From positions 2,720,001 through 2,784,000 of the forward strand of contig OZ244905.1 of the NCBI GenBank assembly GCA_965221695.1: a stretch of DNA of 64,000 nucleotides, in the 5' to 3' direction. Position numbers and translations under genes: made by a program. How positions within the stretch are numbered: position 1 is the stretch's first letter; every line of letters begins with the position of its first letter. This DNA is from Gammaproteobacteria bacterium (GTDB lineage: Bacteria > Pseudomonadota > Gammaproteobacteria > Eutrophobiales > Eutrophobiaceae). This document shows, one piece after another, positions 1-13,362 of the stretch. The notes below the pieces were generated by a model, which was given only the letters and a program-made list of their open reading frames with translations, had not been told where the DNA came from and ran no database searches.

Positions 1-3000
1 CTGTTCATGCTCGACGCTCGCCGGCGTCGCCTCCCATGGCCGTAGCCGGGGCGCTTGCTCTCCGGTGTGATCAGTGCCCGGAGCCCTGCGTAGCTGTCTG
101 AGGTGACGGCGCCGCCAGCGGCCAGTTCAGCCAGCGCCGTTTCCACCTGGGTGCGCAGTAAACCGGTCTGTTGCGCCAGGTCCATGAAAAATGATGCGCC
201 CTGGCGCCGCAGGGTGTCCAGGGTTTTTGCTGCTGCGGACGATAACTTCCTGCCCTGGATCGCATCCGGCAGCAGAAGTTTCTGCCACAGGTCAAGGCGT
301 TCACGGTCCAGCAGGGTGATGGGCGTGTTCCTCAGCAATACCGCTTTGCCCGCAGACATTTCATCCGCTGCAGCCCTGTGCCTGGCAGAACGCAGGCGCG
401 ACCAGACGATGCGGCCACTACTGCACAAGCGGTCCAGGGCCGCGCTGGAGTAGTCGTTCAGGCGGGCAGGCAGGATATCCTTTTCCCACGCAGCCGCGGC
501 AATGGCGTAACCCTCCAGTTTTTCCAGCGCCGCCAGCAGCGCGGCGTCACCCTCGGGTCGTATTTCACCCATACCGTGCCACGCAAACAGGAAACGCATA
601 TAGCCGGCGGCTGTTACCGGTTTGATTTCCTGCCGTAACGATTGAATGGTATAGCGGTGCATCCTGGCGAGCAGGCCGCGCTCGCACCACTCTGTCTCCA
701 CGGCGTCAGGGCTGTACCGGCCCTGCATCGCATAGCCCTCGTTCTGCAATGCCAGCAGGGACGCGTTAACCTCGGTGGCGCTTGCGTCAAACAGTTCAGC
801 CAACTCGGCTTCGGTCACGGGTCCGCAGCATTCGAGCCGGGCGCGCACAAGTTCGATCAGCGCGGACTCTCTGGCAGGTCTTCCTGTACCAAGGGCTGCC
901 TCTGGCGGCATCTCGGATAACTGGATTTTTGCTTCCGCCGTGATGGCGGCAGAGGAGCGCCGGGATGGTGGGGAGGCAGCAGTATCGATAGAAGAAGCAG
1001 GCGCTGGGGGCAAGCCGGCAGCCGCAGTGGTTGGCCCGCCGGCATATACTGCCTGAGCCTGGGGAAGCCGTTCGGCGCAAACCCATAGGGTCTGTTTGCC
1101 GGCGCGCAGCACGGTTGCGCGTTTCTCCTCCATAAGCCGAGGCAACCAGGGGCGACCGTCTGCCAGCGCCGGGTTATCGCCGCTGCCTTCGCGTGCACTC
1201 ATCACGCCGGTAAGCATCAGCGCATCATGCAGTTCATCTGCGTCACGGAATGCCGGCCAGGCTTCACTGCGTACCTGGGCGATGGCTTCCGGACTCAAGC
1301 GGGCAAGGTTTGCGGCGTCGGCCGGGTCCAGGAAGCGCCTGGCAATGACCGCGTTGGTGCGGCGTTCTTCCGCCGGCGCATCATCCAGGAATGCATACGG
1401 CCGGGCGTTCAGGATTTCCTGTGCCAGCGGAGAGGGCCCGCCCAGGTCGCGGCAATGGAAGCGGATCCGGCCGTTCTCGTATGCCCGAAGAATTTCTTCC
1501 AGTCCGGCAATGTCCATCAGGTCGTTCAGGCAGTCGTTGACGGTCTGTTCTACCAGCGGATGCCGTGGTATTTCCCTTTCTCCGATGAGATTGTCCTGGC
1601 AGGCCAGTTGGTCGGGGAAGACCACCGCCATCAGGTCCTCGGCATCGCTGCGCTGGAACTGTGCGGGCACTTTCTGCCCGCCGCTGTTGCGCCTGACGGC
1701 CAGGGCCGTGGTGGCATTCCAGCGCCAGTGTGTGGGGAACATCGGCGTCGCCAGCAGCGCCTGGGTGACCGCGTCCCTGACGCTCGCGGAATTAAGGTAG
1801 CGGGTCACATCCTCCAGGGGAAAGCTGTGGATCGCGCCCAGGGATATGACAATGCTGTCGTCCAGGGCTGCGGCCTGCAACTCAAAATTGAACTGCCGGC
1901 AGAAGCGCTTGCGCAGGCCCAGGCCCCAGGCGCGGTTGATGCGGGAGCCGTAAGGGCTGTGCAGCACCAGGTGCTGGTCTCCTGCCTCGTCAAAAAAGCG
2001 CTCGAACACGACATCCTGCCGGGTCGGGACGCGTCCCAGGGCGGCGCGCGCGCCGGCCAGGTGATCGGTCAACTGGCGTGCAGCCGCCTCGTTCAGATTT
2101 AATTCGCCAACCAGCCAGTGATATGCGGTATCCCCGCCCTGCGCCAGTTTTTCATCCATGACGCTGCGCAGGCGTGAGACCGCACGACTCAGTTCATCGG
2201 ACCGGCCCGGCGCCTCGCCGAACCAGAACGGAATGTTCGGAGGCTGGCCTTGTGCGTCCGCAACCCGCACTTTGCTCTGTTCGACCTTGAGGATGCGATA
2301 CGAGGTATTGCCCAGTTGGAAGATGTCGCCAGGCAGGCTCTCGAATGCAAAATCTTCGTTCAATGTCCCGATAAAATGGCCCTCCGGTTCCAACACCACA
2401 TCGTAATCGAACTGGTCCGGTATCACCCCGCCGTTGGTAACGGCAGTCAGCCTCGCGCTCTTCCTGGGCCGGATGCGCTTGTTGACGCTGTCATGGTGGA
2501 TGTACCGGCTGCGCCGGCCGCGGCGCGTGGAAAACCCCTGCGCCAGCATGCCCAATACCTCCGTGAATTTCTGCCGCGTCAGTTCCCGGTACGGGTAAGC
2601 GTGCGTCACTTGCCGGAACAATTCATCTTCCTGCAACTCCGCGCAGGCAGCCTCCGCGACCAGGTGCTGCGCGAGCACATCCAGGTGGCCCTCAGGTATG
2701 GCGAGCCGGTCCAGCTCGTCACGCCGCGCCGCGTCCAGCAACGCCGCGCATTCCACCAGGTCATCCCGGCTCAGCGGGAACAGTCGTCCCTTTGGAGTCG
2801 CACCCAGGTGGTGGCCGGAACGTCCAACCCGTTGCAGGAACACGGCAATGGATCGGGGCGAGCCAAGCTGGCACACCAGGTCCACATCTCCGATGTCGAT
2901 GCCCAGTTCCAGCGATGCAGTCGCGACCAGCGCCTTGAGTTCTCCCCGTTTCAGCCGTTGTTCCGCATTCAGGCGATGTTCTTTTGCCAGGCTGCCGTGA

Positions 3001-3899
3001 TGGGCGGTCACATTTTCTTCACCTACCCGTTCCGCCAGCGCGCGCGCGGCCCGTTCGGCCAGGCGGCGGGTATTGACGAAGATCAGCGTGGTCCTGTGCT
3101 GCCCAATCAGGTCAGCCAGCCGAGCGTACAATTCCAGCCATACCTCGCCGGCCATCACGGCTTCCAAGGGTGAGTCGGTAAGCGCCAGCGCGATGTCCAT
3201 ACGCCTGGCATGGCCGCGATCCAGGATGTTGCACTGTTGCTCCCGGTTACCGATCAGGAACCGGGCAATCTCTTCTATCGGCCGTTGAGTCGCAGACAGG
3301 CCGATACGCGCGAACGGGCGTCCGGTGAGCGCCTCCAGCCGTTCCAGTGAAAGCGCCAGGTGCGCCCCCCGTTTGTTTGGCGCCAGGGCATGAATCTCGT
3401 CAATGATCACGTTGCGCACGGTTTGCAGCATATTTCTACCGGAACTGCTGGTGAGCAGGATATAAAGGGATTCCGGGGTGGTGACCAGGATATGGGGTGG
3501 CGTGCGCCGCATACGCTCGCGCGCTGCCTGCGTGGTATCACCGGTTCGCACCAGGGCGCGGATGTCCGCCGTCGCCAAGCCCTGTGCCTGCATCCTGTCG
3601 CGGATGCCTTGCAGCGGTCCCTGCAGGTTCTTCTGTATATCGTTGGACAAGGCCTTCAGAGGAGAGACATACAGGATATACGTCTCATCAGCAAGCCGGC
3701 CGGCCACAGCTTCCCGCACCAGGTCGTCAATGGCCGCGAGGAACGCGGCCAAGGTCTTGCCGCTACCGGTCGGGGCGGCAATCAGGGCATGTTTGCCCTG
3801 TTTTATCGCAGGCCAGGCGTCCTCCTGTACCGGCGTCGGTCCGGCAAATTCACTGTTAAACCAGGACGCGGTCACCGGGTGAAAAATATCGGTTGACAT
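1..3899 (-). CDS. lhr: Long-form Lhr-family DEAD/DEAH-box (SF2) helicase, 3' end runs off the window
   Basis: Absent from the ORF track because it is open at the left edge. Manual translation from the ATG at 3899 gives MSTDIFHPVTASWF...PTPVQEDAWPAI...LIAAPTGSGKTLAAFL (Walker A), YVSPLKALSNDI, TTPESLY, VIIDEIHA, SATQRP, HHGSL, ATASLELGIDIG and QRVGRSGH. Confidence 0.92.
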   Translation of the reverse strand, partial: MSTDIFHPVTASWFNSEFAGPTPVQEDAWPAIKQGKHALIAAPTGSGKTLAAFLAAIDDLVREAVAGRLADETYILYVSPLKALSNDIQKNLQGPLQGIRDRMQAQGLATADIRALVRTGDTTQAARERMRRTPPHILVTTPESLYILLTSSSGRNMLQTVRNVIIDEIHALAPNKRGAHLALSLERLEALTGRPFARIGLSATQRPIEEIARFLIGNREQQCNILDRGHARRMDIALALTDSPLEAVMAGEVWLELYARLADLIGQHRTTLIFVNTRRLAERAARALAERVGEENVTAHHGSLAKEHRLNAEQRLKRGELKALVATASLELGIDIGDVDLVCQLGSPRSIAVFLQRVGRSGHHLGATPKGRLFPLSRDDLVECAALLDAARRDELDRLAIPEGHLDVLAQHLVAEAACAELQEDELFRQVTHAYPYRELTRQKFTEVLGMLAQGFSTRRGRRSRYIHHDSVNKRIRPRKSARLTAVTNGGVIPDQFDYDVVLEPEGHFIGTLNEDFAFESLPGDIFQLGNTSYRILKVEQSKVRVADAQGQPPNIPFWFGEAPGRSDELSRAVSRLRSVMDEKLAQGGDTAYHWLVGELNLNEAAARQLTDHLAGARAALGRVPTRQDVVFERFFDEAGDQHLVLHSPYGSRINRAWGLGLRKRFCRQFNFELQAAALDDSIVISLGAIHSFPLEDVTRYLNSASVRDAVTQALLATPMFPTHWRWNATTALAVRRNSGGQKVPAQFQRSDAEDLMAVVFPDQLACQDNLIGEREIPRHPLVEQTVNDCLNDLMDIAGLEEILRAYENGRIRFHCRDLGGPSPLAQEILNARPYAFLDDAPAEERRTNAVIARRFLDPADAANLARLSPEAIAQVRSEAWPAFRDADELHDALMLTGVMSAREGSGDNPALADGRPWLPRLMEEKRATVLRAGKQTLWVCAERLPQAQAVYAGGPTTAAAGLPPAPASSIDTAASPPSRRSSAAITAEAKIQLSEMPPEAALGTGRPARESALIELVRARLECCGPVTEAELAELFDASATEVNASLLALQNEGYAMQGRYSPDAVETEWCERGLLARMHRYTIQSLRQEIKPVTAAGYMRFLFAWHGMGEIRPEGDAALLAALEKLEGYAIAAAAWEKDILPARLNDYSSAALDRLCSSGRIVWSRLRSARHRAAADEMSAGKAVLLRNTPITLLDRERLDLWQKLLLPDAIQGRKLSSAAAKTLDTLRRQGASFFMDLAQQTGLLRTQVETALAELAAGGAVTSDSYAGLRALITPESKRPGYGHGRRRRRASSMN

Positions 3900-3925
3900 A
3901 AGAGAACAGTTTATCCGAAACTTAA

Positions 3926-4076
3926 GGAACCTCTGATTAAGTCAGAGGTTCCTACGATACAAGGATGTATCGTCAATATCAATGACTGTAAGGCATTGAT
4001 ATTGTGAGGAAAACAAAAATCGCATTTTTGTTTTCCGTACTCTGACAAGTCCTGGATGGACTTGTTCAGAGTTTTC
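3926..4076. mobile_element. 151-bp five-hairpin MITE, copy 1
   Basis: Terminal inverted repeats GGAACCTCTGA...TCAGAGTTTTC, flanked by TTAA on both sides (3922-3925, 4077-4080); near-identical inverted copies at 42131 and 60532. Confidence 0.85.
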
Positions 4077-4228
4077 TTAAGTTCCAGGGGGACGGATTTC
4101 AAGCATGCCCTGTATGTTGTAAACAGTACGCCGTCCCTGTACATCAAACAGAAACTTAAAAAATTGCCCAAAGGCAGGCTTAAGCGCAAACATAAGGGCT
4201 TGCCGTTGGCAGCGTGAGGATACCTTGA

Positions 4229-4627
4229 ATGAGCGAAGAGCTGCTGACACATAAAGGCGGCTGCCATTGCGGCGCGGTGAAGTTCGAGGTGGATGCCCCC
4301 GCTGCGATCACCGTGATGGACTGTAACTGCTCCATCTGCCGGATGAGCGGCTACTTGCACCTGCAGGTCCCGAGGTCGCGCTTCCGGCTGCTGCGAGGCA
4401 AGGATGCGCTGTCGACCTACACTTTCAATACCGGTGTCGCGCAACACTATTTCTGCGGCGCTTGCGGCGTCAAGTCATTCTACGTGCCGCGCTCATTCCC
4501 CGAGGGCTACAGCGTCAACCTCAACTGCCTCGACCGGTCACAGGTAATAAACGTTACGGTGGAAAAGTTTGACGGTGACAACTGGGAAGCGGCATATAAC
4601 AGAAAAAAACACACGCCGGTTGATTAA
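4229..4627 (+). CDS. GFA/CENP-V family Zn-binding protein
   Basis: GGCHCGAV, CNCSIC and HYFCGACG motifs, 132 aa. Confidence 0.9.
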   Translation: MSEELLTHKGGCHCGAVKFEVDAPAAITVMDCNCSICRMSGYLHLQVPRSRFRLLRGKDALSTYTFNTGVAQHYFCGACGVKSFYVPRSFPEGYSVNLNCLDRSQVINVTVEKFDGDNWEAAYNRKKHTPVD

Positions 4628-4657
4628 GAGAACCTCTGAGATTAAGTCAGAGGTTCC
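4628..4657. repeat. Mini (single-hairpin) derivative of the MITE between convergent genes
   Basis: GAACCTCTGA-GATTAAG-TCAGAGGTTC matches the MITE terminal hairpin. Confidence 0.75.
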
Positions 4658-5249
4658 TGAGCTTCTCCAGGTCGGCGGGCACATCAAGGTCAAATTCGGC
4701 TTCGGCAAGAGGGAGTGTGCTGACCCGGTCGGCGTTGTTTTTCAGCATTAATTTTGCCCCAGTATCGCCTTTCAGCGCCAGCAATTGCGGGTAAAACTCT
4801 GCGGGAATGATGGCCGGTGTGCCGATGACGCCGGCGTAGCGGGCGGCTGCTATATCGGACGGGCTGGCAAGCCAAAGGTTGAGCAGGCTGTTCAGGTGCT
4901 GCTGAGTAACCAGCGCCTGGTCGCACAAGGTAATCATCACGGCCGGACAGTCCGGCTCAAGACTGCGCACTCCTGCTTGAACAGAGGATGCCAGCCCCTG
5001 GCGCCAATCCTTGTTGAGCGCTATGTTGACTCCCAGGTCGTCGACAGCTTGTGCGACGGCCTCCGAGTTGGCGCCGACGACCACATTGATCCGGCCGGGC
5101 GCGAACAGCGCCAGGAGCTTGTTCACGGCAAGCCGCACCAGGCTGGAACCCTTTATTTCAACCAGTTGTTTACACTGGCCGTACCTGCTTGAACCTCCCG
5201 CCGCCAGAACTACCGCGGCCGCATTTTGCTCCAGGTTTGACGTCTTCAC
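4647..5249 (-). CDS. MocA-like nucleotidyltransferase (molybdenum cofactor cytidylyltransferase family)
   Basis: VVLAAGGSSRYGQCKQL, GLASSVQAG, LCDQ, GDTGAK and DLDVPAD motifs. Confidence 0.85.
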   Translation of the reverse strand: MKTSNLEQNAAAVVLAAGGSSRYGQCKQLVEIKGSSLVRLAVNKLLALFAPGRINVVVGANSEAVAQAVDDLGVNIALNKDWRQGLASSVQAGVRSLEPDCPAVMITLCDQALVTQQHLNSLLNLWLASPSDIAAARYAGVIGTPAIIPAEFYPQLLALKGDTGAKLMLKNNADRVSTLPLAEAEFDLDVPADLEKLRNL

Positions 5250-5444
5250 GGTTTCAGCCTCTACTGGACTCGCTTAAGGTTAATTTGCAAGCGCTGTGCC
5301 GGAAAGTTATTGGTGTTAAGCTTACATTGCGCTCCCAGGCTAATGCCGCGCTATGCAGGCCGGAAGCCGACCTCAGCCGTCAGAGCCAGTGCGGGGAGGC
5401 TCAGCGGTGGTAGGCGTCAGTATAGCACAGGCCAAGGTATTGCC

Positions 5445-5544
5445 CCGTACCACTCCCGCAACAGCGGGAGTCCAGTCAAATAAGTGTCGCCCGCAGGGCG
5501 ACTCATCTGTTTACTGGATTCCCGTTTTCACGGGAATGGTACGG
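5445..5544. repeat. 100-bp nested palindromic element with dRS3-like ATTCCC-N8-GGGAAT cores
   Basis: CCGTACCACTCCCGCAACAGCGGGAGTCCAGT...ACTGGATTCCCGTTTTCACGGGAATGGTACGG with a central GTCGCCC-GCA-GGGCGAC hairpin. Confidence 0.75.
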
Positions 5545-5726
5545 AGCGCACGTCAGTTAGTAAAACGTACACAAAAAACCAATCGACACCGAAGCCCTTG
5601 ATTTAGTACACTGTACCATGTTGGTAGACGGGAGTAATCGGAAGATTGCTCCCGTTTTATATGTGTATTGCTATAGCCTGAATTTTCTATCAGTTGATGC
5701 GAAGTTCGGGTGAATGGAGGAATTTG

Positions 5727-6857
5727 TTGGGTCATACGGCTTTACTTGCGCTGGCGGATGGCAGTCTCTTCTACGGCGATTCCATCGGCGTTGACGGTGC
5801 GGCCGTGGGGGAAGTGGTGTTCAATACCTCAATGACGGGCTACCAGGAGATTCTGACGGACCCATCCTACTGCCGCCAAATCATTACGTTTACCCAACCG
5901 CAGATCGGCAATGTGGGCGTCAATTCGGAAGATATGGAGTCCGCCCGGGTATACGCGTCCGGCATGATCATCAAGCAGGCGCCCTATCTGCCGAGCAACT
6001 GGCGCAACGAGCAATCCCTCACCGACTACCTGGTTGCCAACGAAGTCGTCGCTATTGCGAATATCGATACCCGGCGCCTGACCCGGCTGTTGCGGGACCA
6101 GGGCGCACAAAGCGGTTGCATTGTAGCCGGCGAGCGGCCGGAGGCCGAGCGCGCGCTGGCGCTGGCCCGGGACTTCCCCGGACTCAAAGGCATGGACCTC
6201 GCCCGTGAAGTCACGACTGCGCAAAACTACCGCTGGCAAGAGGGTGTCTGGTCGTTGGGAGAAGGCCACCGGCGACCGGAGACGGCGCGCAAGAAAAAGG
6301 TTGTCGCCTATGATTTCGGTGTGAAAAAGAACATCTTGCGCATTCTCTGCGACCTGGGCTGTGAACTGGACGTGGCGCCGGCGACCACGAGCGCGCAACA
6401 GACGTTGTCCAGTGCGCCTGACGGCGTATTTTTATCCAACGGTCCCGGCGACCCCGAGCCTTGTGATTATGCGATAAACGCGATCAGGGAGATTGTGGAC
6501 GCGGGAATCCCCACCTTCGGTATTTGCCTGGGACACCAGTTGCTGGGGTTGGCCTGCGGCGCGGAAACGGTGAAAATGAAGTTCGGCCATCATGGCGGTA
6601 ACCACCCGGTGCAGGAACTGGCGACCGGCAGGGTGATGATCACCAGCCAGAACCACGGTTTTACCGTTGCGGAAGATTCCATCCCGGACACTTTGACGGT
6701 CACGCACCGGTCATTGTTCGACGATACGGTACAGGGCATCCATCACCGGGAACTCCCGGCGTTCGGTTTCCAGGGCCACCCTGAAGCCAGCCCCGGTCCC
6801 CATGACCTCAAGCCGTTGTTCGACCACTTCATGGACCTGATGGAAGCAAACAAATGA
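5727..6857 (+). CDS. carA: Carbamoyl-phosphate synthase small subunit
   Basis: [39 protein letters not shown]; TTG start chosen after the GGAGG RBS at 5716-5720. Confidence 0.97.
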   Translation: MGHTALLALADGSLFYGDSIGVDGAAVGEVVFNTSMTGYQEILTDPSYCRQIITFTQPQIGNVGVNSEDMESARVYASGMIIKQAPYLPSNWRNEQSLTDYLVANEVVAIANIDTRRLTRLLRDQGAQSGCIVAGERPEAERALALARDFPGLKGMDLAREVTTAQNYRWQEGVWSLGEGHRRPETARKKKVVAYDFGVKKNILRILCDLGCELDVAPATTSAQQTLSSAPDGVFLSNGPGDPEPCDYAINAIREIVDAGIPTFGICLGHQLLGLACGAETVKMKFGHHGGNHPVQELATGRVMITSQNHGFTVAEDSIPDTLTVTHRSLFDDTVQGIHHRELPAFGFQGHPEASPGPHDLKPLFDHFMDLMEANK

Positions 6858-6888
6858 AATCGCTGTGTCCTCTGTGGCTGACAGATAC

Positions 6889-10098
<3,210 letters not shown>

Positions 10099-10105
10099 CA
10101 ACAAA

Positions 10106-10582
10106 ATGAACAGAATGCCAATGACAGCTATAGGCGCCGAGCGTTTACGCCGCCAGTTGCACACATTGAAAACGGTAGAGCGCCCCGGAATCATCCAGTC
10201 CCTGGCGGAGGCCAGGGCGCATGGAGACCTTAGCGAAAATGCCGAATATCATGCCGCGCGCGAACGTCAGAGTTTTATTGAAGGTCGCATCGCGACCATA
10301 GAAGAGGCGCTAGCCGTCGCGGAAATCATTGACGTGACGAAAATCGACGCGGACGGTAAAATCGTTTTCGGCGCAACGGCAGAATTACTTAATCTTGATA
10401 CAGAACAAGAAGCCCGTTACCAGATTGTGGGGGAGATGGAAGCGGATATTGACCAGGGACTGCTGTCCGTAAATGCCCCGATAGCCCGGGCCATGATTGG
10501 CAAGGAAGAGGGTGATATCATTCAGGTCGATGCGCCTGGAGGTGTGGTCGAATACGAGATCCTGTCGGTTGCGTATATTTGA
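10106..10582 (+). CDS. greA: Transcription elongation factor GreA
   Basis: [19 protein letters not shown] motif; conserved position after carB. Confidence 0.97.
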   Translation: MNRMPMTAIGAERLRRQLHTLKTVERPGIIQSLAEARAHGDLSENAEYHAARERQSFIEGRIATIEEALAVAEIIDVTKIDADGKIVFGATAELLNLDTEQEARYQIVGEMEADIDQGLLSVNAPIARAMIGKEEGDIIQVDAPGGVVEYEILSVAYI

Positions 10583-10634
10583 CGTCACAGGGACGGTATG
10601 CGGCGCGCTTCCCGCGCGCTAATAATGTCGAGAT

Positions 10635-11249
10635 ATGTCTAAAAGTTCCAAACGCTGGCTGCAGGAACATAACCGGGATAGGTACGTTAACCTGGCCCGG
10701 AGCCGGCGACTGCGTTCTCGCGCGGTGTTCAAACTTGAGGAGTTGGACCGGCGTCACAGACTGTTCCGCCCGGGACAGACGGTGCTTGACCTGGGCGCGG
10801 CGCCGGGTAGCTGGTCAGCCTACGTGGCTGAAAAGGTTAGGCCCGACGGCAAAGTCATCGCGGTCGACTTGCTGGCGATGCGGCCTATTGCCGATGTGAT
10901 CTTCCTGCAAGCTGACCTGAGCAATGCAGCCAACCTGCAGAATTGTATCGCCCGGCTGAGCGAATACCGCGTTGACCTTGTAATTTCTGATATGGCCCCC
11001 AATTTATCAGGCATAGCTGCCGCGGATCAGGCCAACAGTCTGAAACTGGCGGAAACCGCTCTCCGAATAGCCTGTTCGGCGCTGCGCGGTAACGGGCATT
11101 TTCTGGTCAAGCTGTTTCAAGGAGCTGACAGCGACGCATTCAGAAAGCAATTGACGGAGAAATTTGCTAAAGTATCAGTGAGCAAGCCGAAGGCGTCGAG
11201 GACGAACTCCAGTGAGGTATACATCCTGGCAAAAGGTTATGAGGTTTAA
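10635..11249 (+). CDS. rlmE: 23S rRNA Um2552 2'-O-methyltransferase (FtsJ/RrmJ)
   Basis: SKSSKRWLQEH, RSRAVFKL, DLGAAPGSWS, SDMAPN, KPKASR..SSEVY. Confidence 0.96.
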   Translation: MSKSSKRWLQEHNRDRYVNLARSRRLRSRAVFKLEELDRRHRLFRPGQTVLDLGAAPGSWSAYVAEKVRPDGKVIAVDLLAMRPIADVIFLQADLSNAANLQNCIARLSEYRVDLVISDMAPNLSGIAAADQANSLKLAETALRIACSALRGNGHFLVKLFQGADSDAFRKQLTEKFAKVSVSKPKASRTNSSEVYILAKGYEV

Positions 11250-11367
11250 GAAAGCTTTGAACAAGTCCATCGTTGATCTGTCAGGTGATGCAAACAATGT
11301 AAGTGATAGGATGTATGCTGGCAGGCGCTCGTCCGTTTGTTGAGATAAAGCTCAGGCATAAGGCGTT

Positions 11368-13293
11368 ATGATAAAAAGTATATTATTGTGGGTAGTCATC
11401 GCCCTGGTCATGATGATGGTATTTCAGAATTTTGGGGCCCGGCCCATCGATACCACCATTCCCTATTCGCAGTTTATTCTGGATGTAAAAACAGGCAAAG
11501 TGCTCTCCGTCATTATCGAGGGCAACACCATCTCCGGCAACCTGGCGGATGGGTCCCGGTTCAACACGTACAGTCCGGAAACCAGCAATGATGCCCTGAT
11601 TGGCACCCTGCTGGATAATAACGTGGAGGTGCTGGGCGCCGAGCCCAATAAGAATTCGTTTTGGGCGCACGCTTTTATCTCCTGGTTTCCTATCTTACTG
11701 TTACTGGGCATTTGGATTTACTTCATGCGCCAGATGCAGGGTGGCGGCGGCCGCGGCGCGCTATCGTTTGGCAAGAGCCGGGCGCGACTGTTGAATGAAG
11801 ACCAGGTGAAGATTACATTTAACGATGTTGCCGGCGTTGAGGAGGCGAAAGAAGAAGTCGTCGAGCTGGTTGAATTCCTGCGCGATCCGGGCAAGTTCCA
11901 GAAACTGGGAGGTAAGATTCCACGGGGCGTATTGATGGTAGGCTCACCGGGCACAGGCAAGACCCTACTGGCGAAAGCGATAGCCGGTGAGGCGCAGGTT
12001 CCGTTTTTTACCATTTCCGGTTCGGATTTCGTGGAAATGTTCGTCGGCGTAGGCGCCTCGAGGGTGCGCGACATGTTTGAACAGGCGAAAAAACACGCGC
12101 CCTGTATCATCTTCATTGATGAAATCGATGCGGTAGGACGCCACCGCGGCGCTGGTCTTGGCGGCGGTCATGATGAACGTGAACAGACACTCAACCAGCT
12201 TCTGGTTGAAATGGATGGGTTTGAAGGCAACGAAGGCATTATCGTCATAGCCGCGACCAACCGGCCCGATGTGCTGGATCCGGCTTTGCTGCGCCCTGGG
12301 CGGTTTGACCGGCAAGTGGTCGTCCCATTGCCGGATATCCGGGGGCGTGAACAGATTCTCAAGGTGCATTTGCGCAAGGTCGCATTAGCCGATGATGTTG
12401 ATCCCTCTATCATCGCGCGCGGCACGCCCGGGTTTTCCGGAGCGGACCTGGCCAACCTGATTAACGAAGCGGCGCTGTTCGCGGCGCGGGCCAACAAGGA
12501 ACAGGTTGACATGGAGGAGTTTGAACGGGCTAAGGATAAGGTGATGATGGGCGCCGAGCGGCGTTCCATGGTGATGACTGATGAGGAAAAGAAACTCACT
12601 GCCTACCACGAAGCTGGTCATGCCATTGTCGGACGGCTTGTTCCCAATCATGATCCAGTCTACAAGGTTACTATTATTCCGCGCGGACGCGCCCTGGGTG
12701 TCACCATGTTCCTGCCGGAACAGGACAGGTTGAGCTATTCCCGAGAGTTTTTGCAGAGCCAAATCTGTTCCCTGTTCGGCGGCCGTATCGCCGAGAGCCT
12801 GATTTTCGGAGAAGATGCCGTCACAACAGGGGCGAGCAACGATATAGAGCGCGCCACGCTGCTGGCAAGAAACATGGTAACCAAATGGGGGCTGTCCGAA
12901 AAAATGGGACCGCTCGCCTACCAGGAGGATGAAGGAGAAGTCTTCCTGGGACATTCCGTGACCAAGCACTCAACTGTTTCCGCTGCCACACAGAATGATA
13001 TTGACGCAGAGGTAAGGCGCATCATTGATTTGAACTATCAGCGCGCAAAAGAGTTGCTTGAAGCAAACATGGAGAAGCTGCACATGATGGCGGAGGCCCT
13101 GGTCAAGTATGAAACCATCGATACCGGTCAGATTGACAGCATCATGGAAGGCAAGGAGCCCGGACCGCCGGCTGATTGGCGCAATAATCATAAGACGCGT
13201 GGCACACAGTCCGGACCTGATGAAACACAGCAGAAAACCGATGATGAGCCAGTTGAAGGCCCTGCCATGGACGGGCCGGCCCGTCCAGCCTGA
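11368..13293 (+). CDS. ftsH: ATP-dependent zinc metalloprotease FtsH
   Basis: Two N-terminal TM segments, [40 protein letters not shown]. Confidence 0.98.
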   Translation: MIKSILLWVVIALVMMMVFQNFGARPIDTTIPYSQFILDVKTGKVLSVIIEGNTISGNLADGSRFNTYSPETSNDALIGTLLDNNVEVLGAEPNKNSFWAHAFISWFPILLLLGIWIYFMRQMQGGGGRGALSFGKSRARLLNEDQVKITFNDVAGVEEAKEEVVELVEFLRDPGKFQKLGGKIPRGVLMVGSPGTGKTLLAKAIAGEAQVPFFTISGSDFVEMFVGVGASRVRDMFEQAKKHAPCIIFIDEIDAVGRHRGAGLGGGHDEREQTLNQLLVEMDGFEGNEGIIVIAATNRPDVLDPALLRPGRFDRQVVVPLPDIRGREQILKVHLRKVALADDVDPSIIARGTPGFSGADLANLINEAALFAARANKEQVDMEEFERAKDKVMMGAERRSMVMTDEEKKLTAYHEAGHAIVGRLVPNHDPVYKVTIIPRGRALGVTMFLPEQDRLSYSREFLQSQICSLFGGRIAESLIFGEDAVTTGASNDIERATLLARNMVTKWGLSEKMGPLAYQEDEGEVFLGHSVTKHSTVSAATQNDIDAEVRRIIDLNYQRAKELLEANMEKLHMMAEALVKYETIDTGQIDSIMEGKEPGPPADWRNNHKTRGTQSGPDETQQKTDDEPVEGPAMDGPARPA

Positions 13294-13362
13294 AGTATAA
13301 CCTCTCAGCCACGGAACAGGTTGTCCCGGGTTTTCTTGCCGCCAGCAACAATTCTCTATCGT

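Noticed and set aside
103-3896. Many plus-strand ORFs of 100-300 aa
   Set aside because: They are antisense shadows of the Lhr gene in GC-rich DNA, with no recognisable motifs.
3911-4447. ORFs sharing the peptide TLNKSI.DLSEYGKQKCDFCFPHNINAL (also 42123 and 60425)
   Set aside because: These are translations through the MITE copies; there is no evidence of a real protein family.
5320-5430. Possible Moco riboswitch or SRP RNA upstream of the MocA-like gene
   Set aside because: Only short fragments (GCCTCCC, CCGGAAG) resemble the consensus and the full structure could not be built by eye; an Infernal search would be needed.
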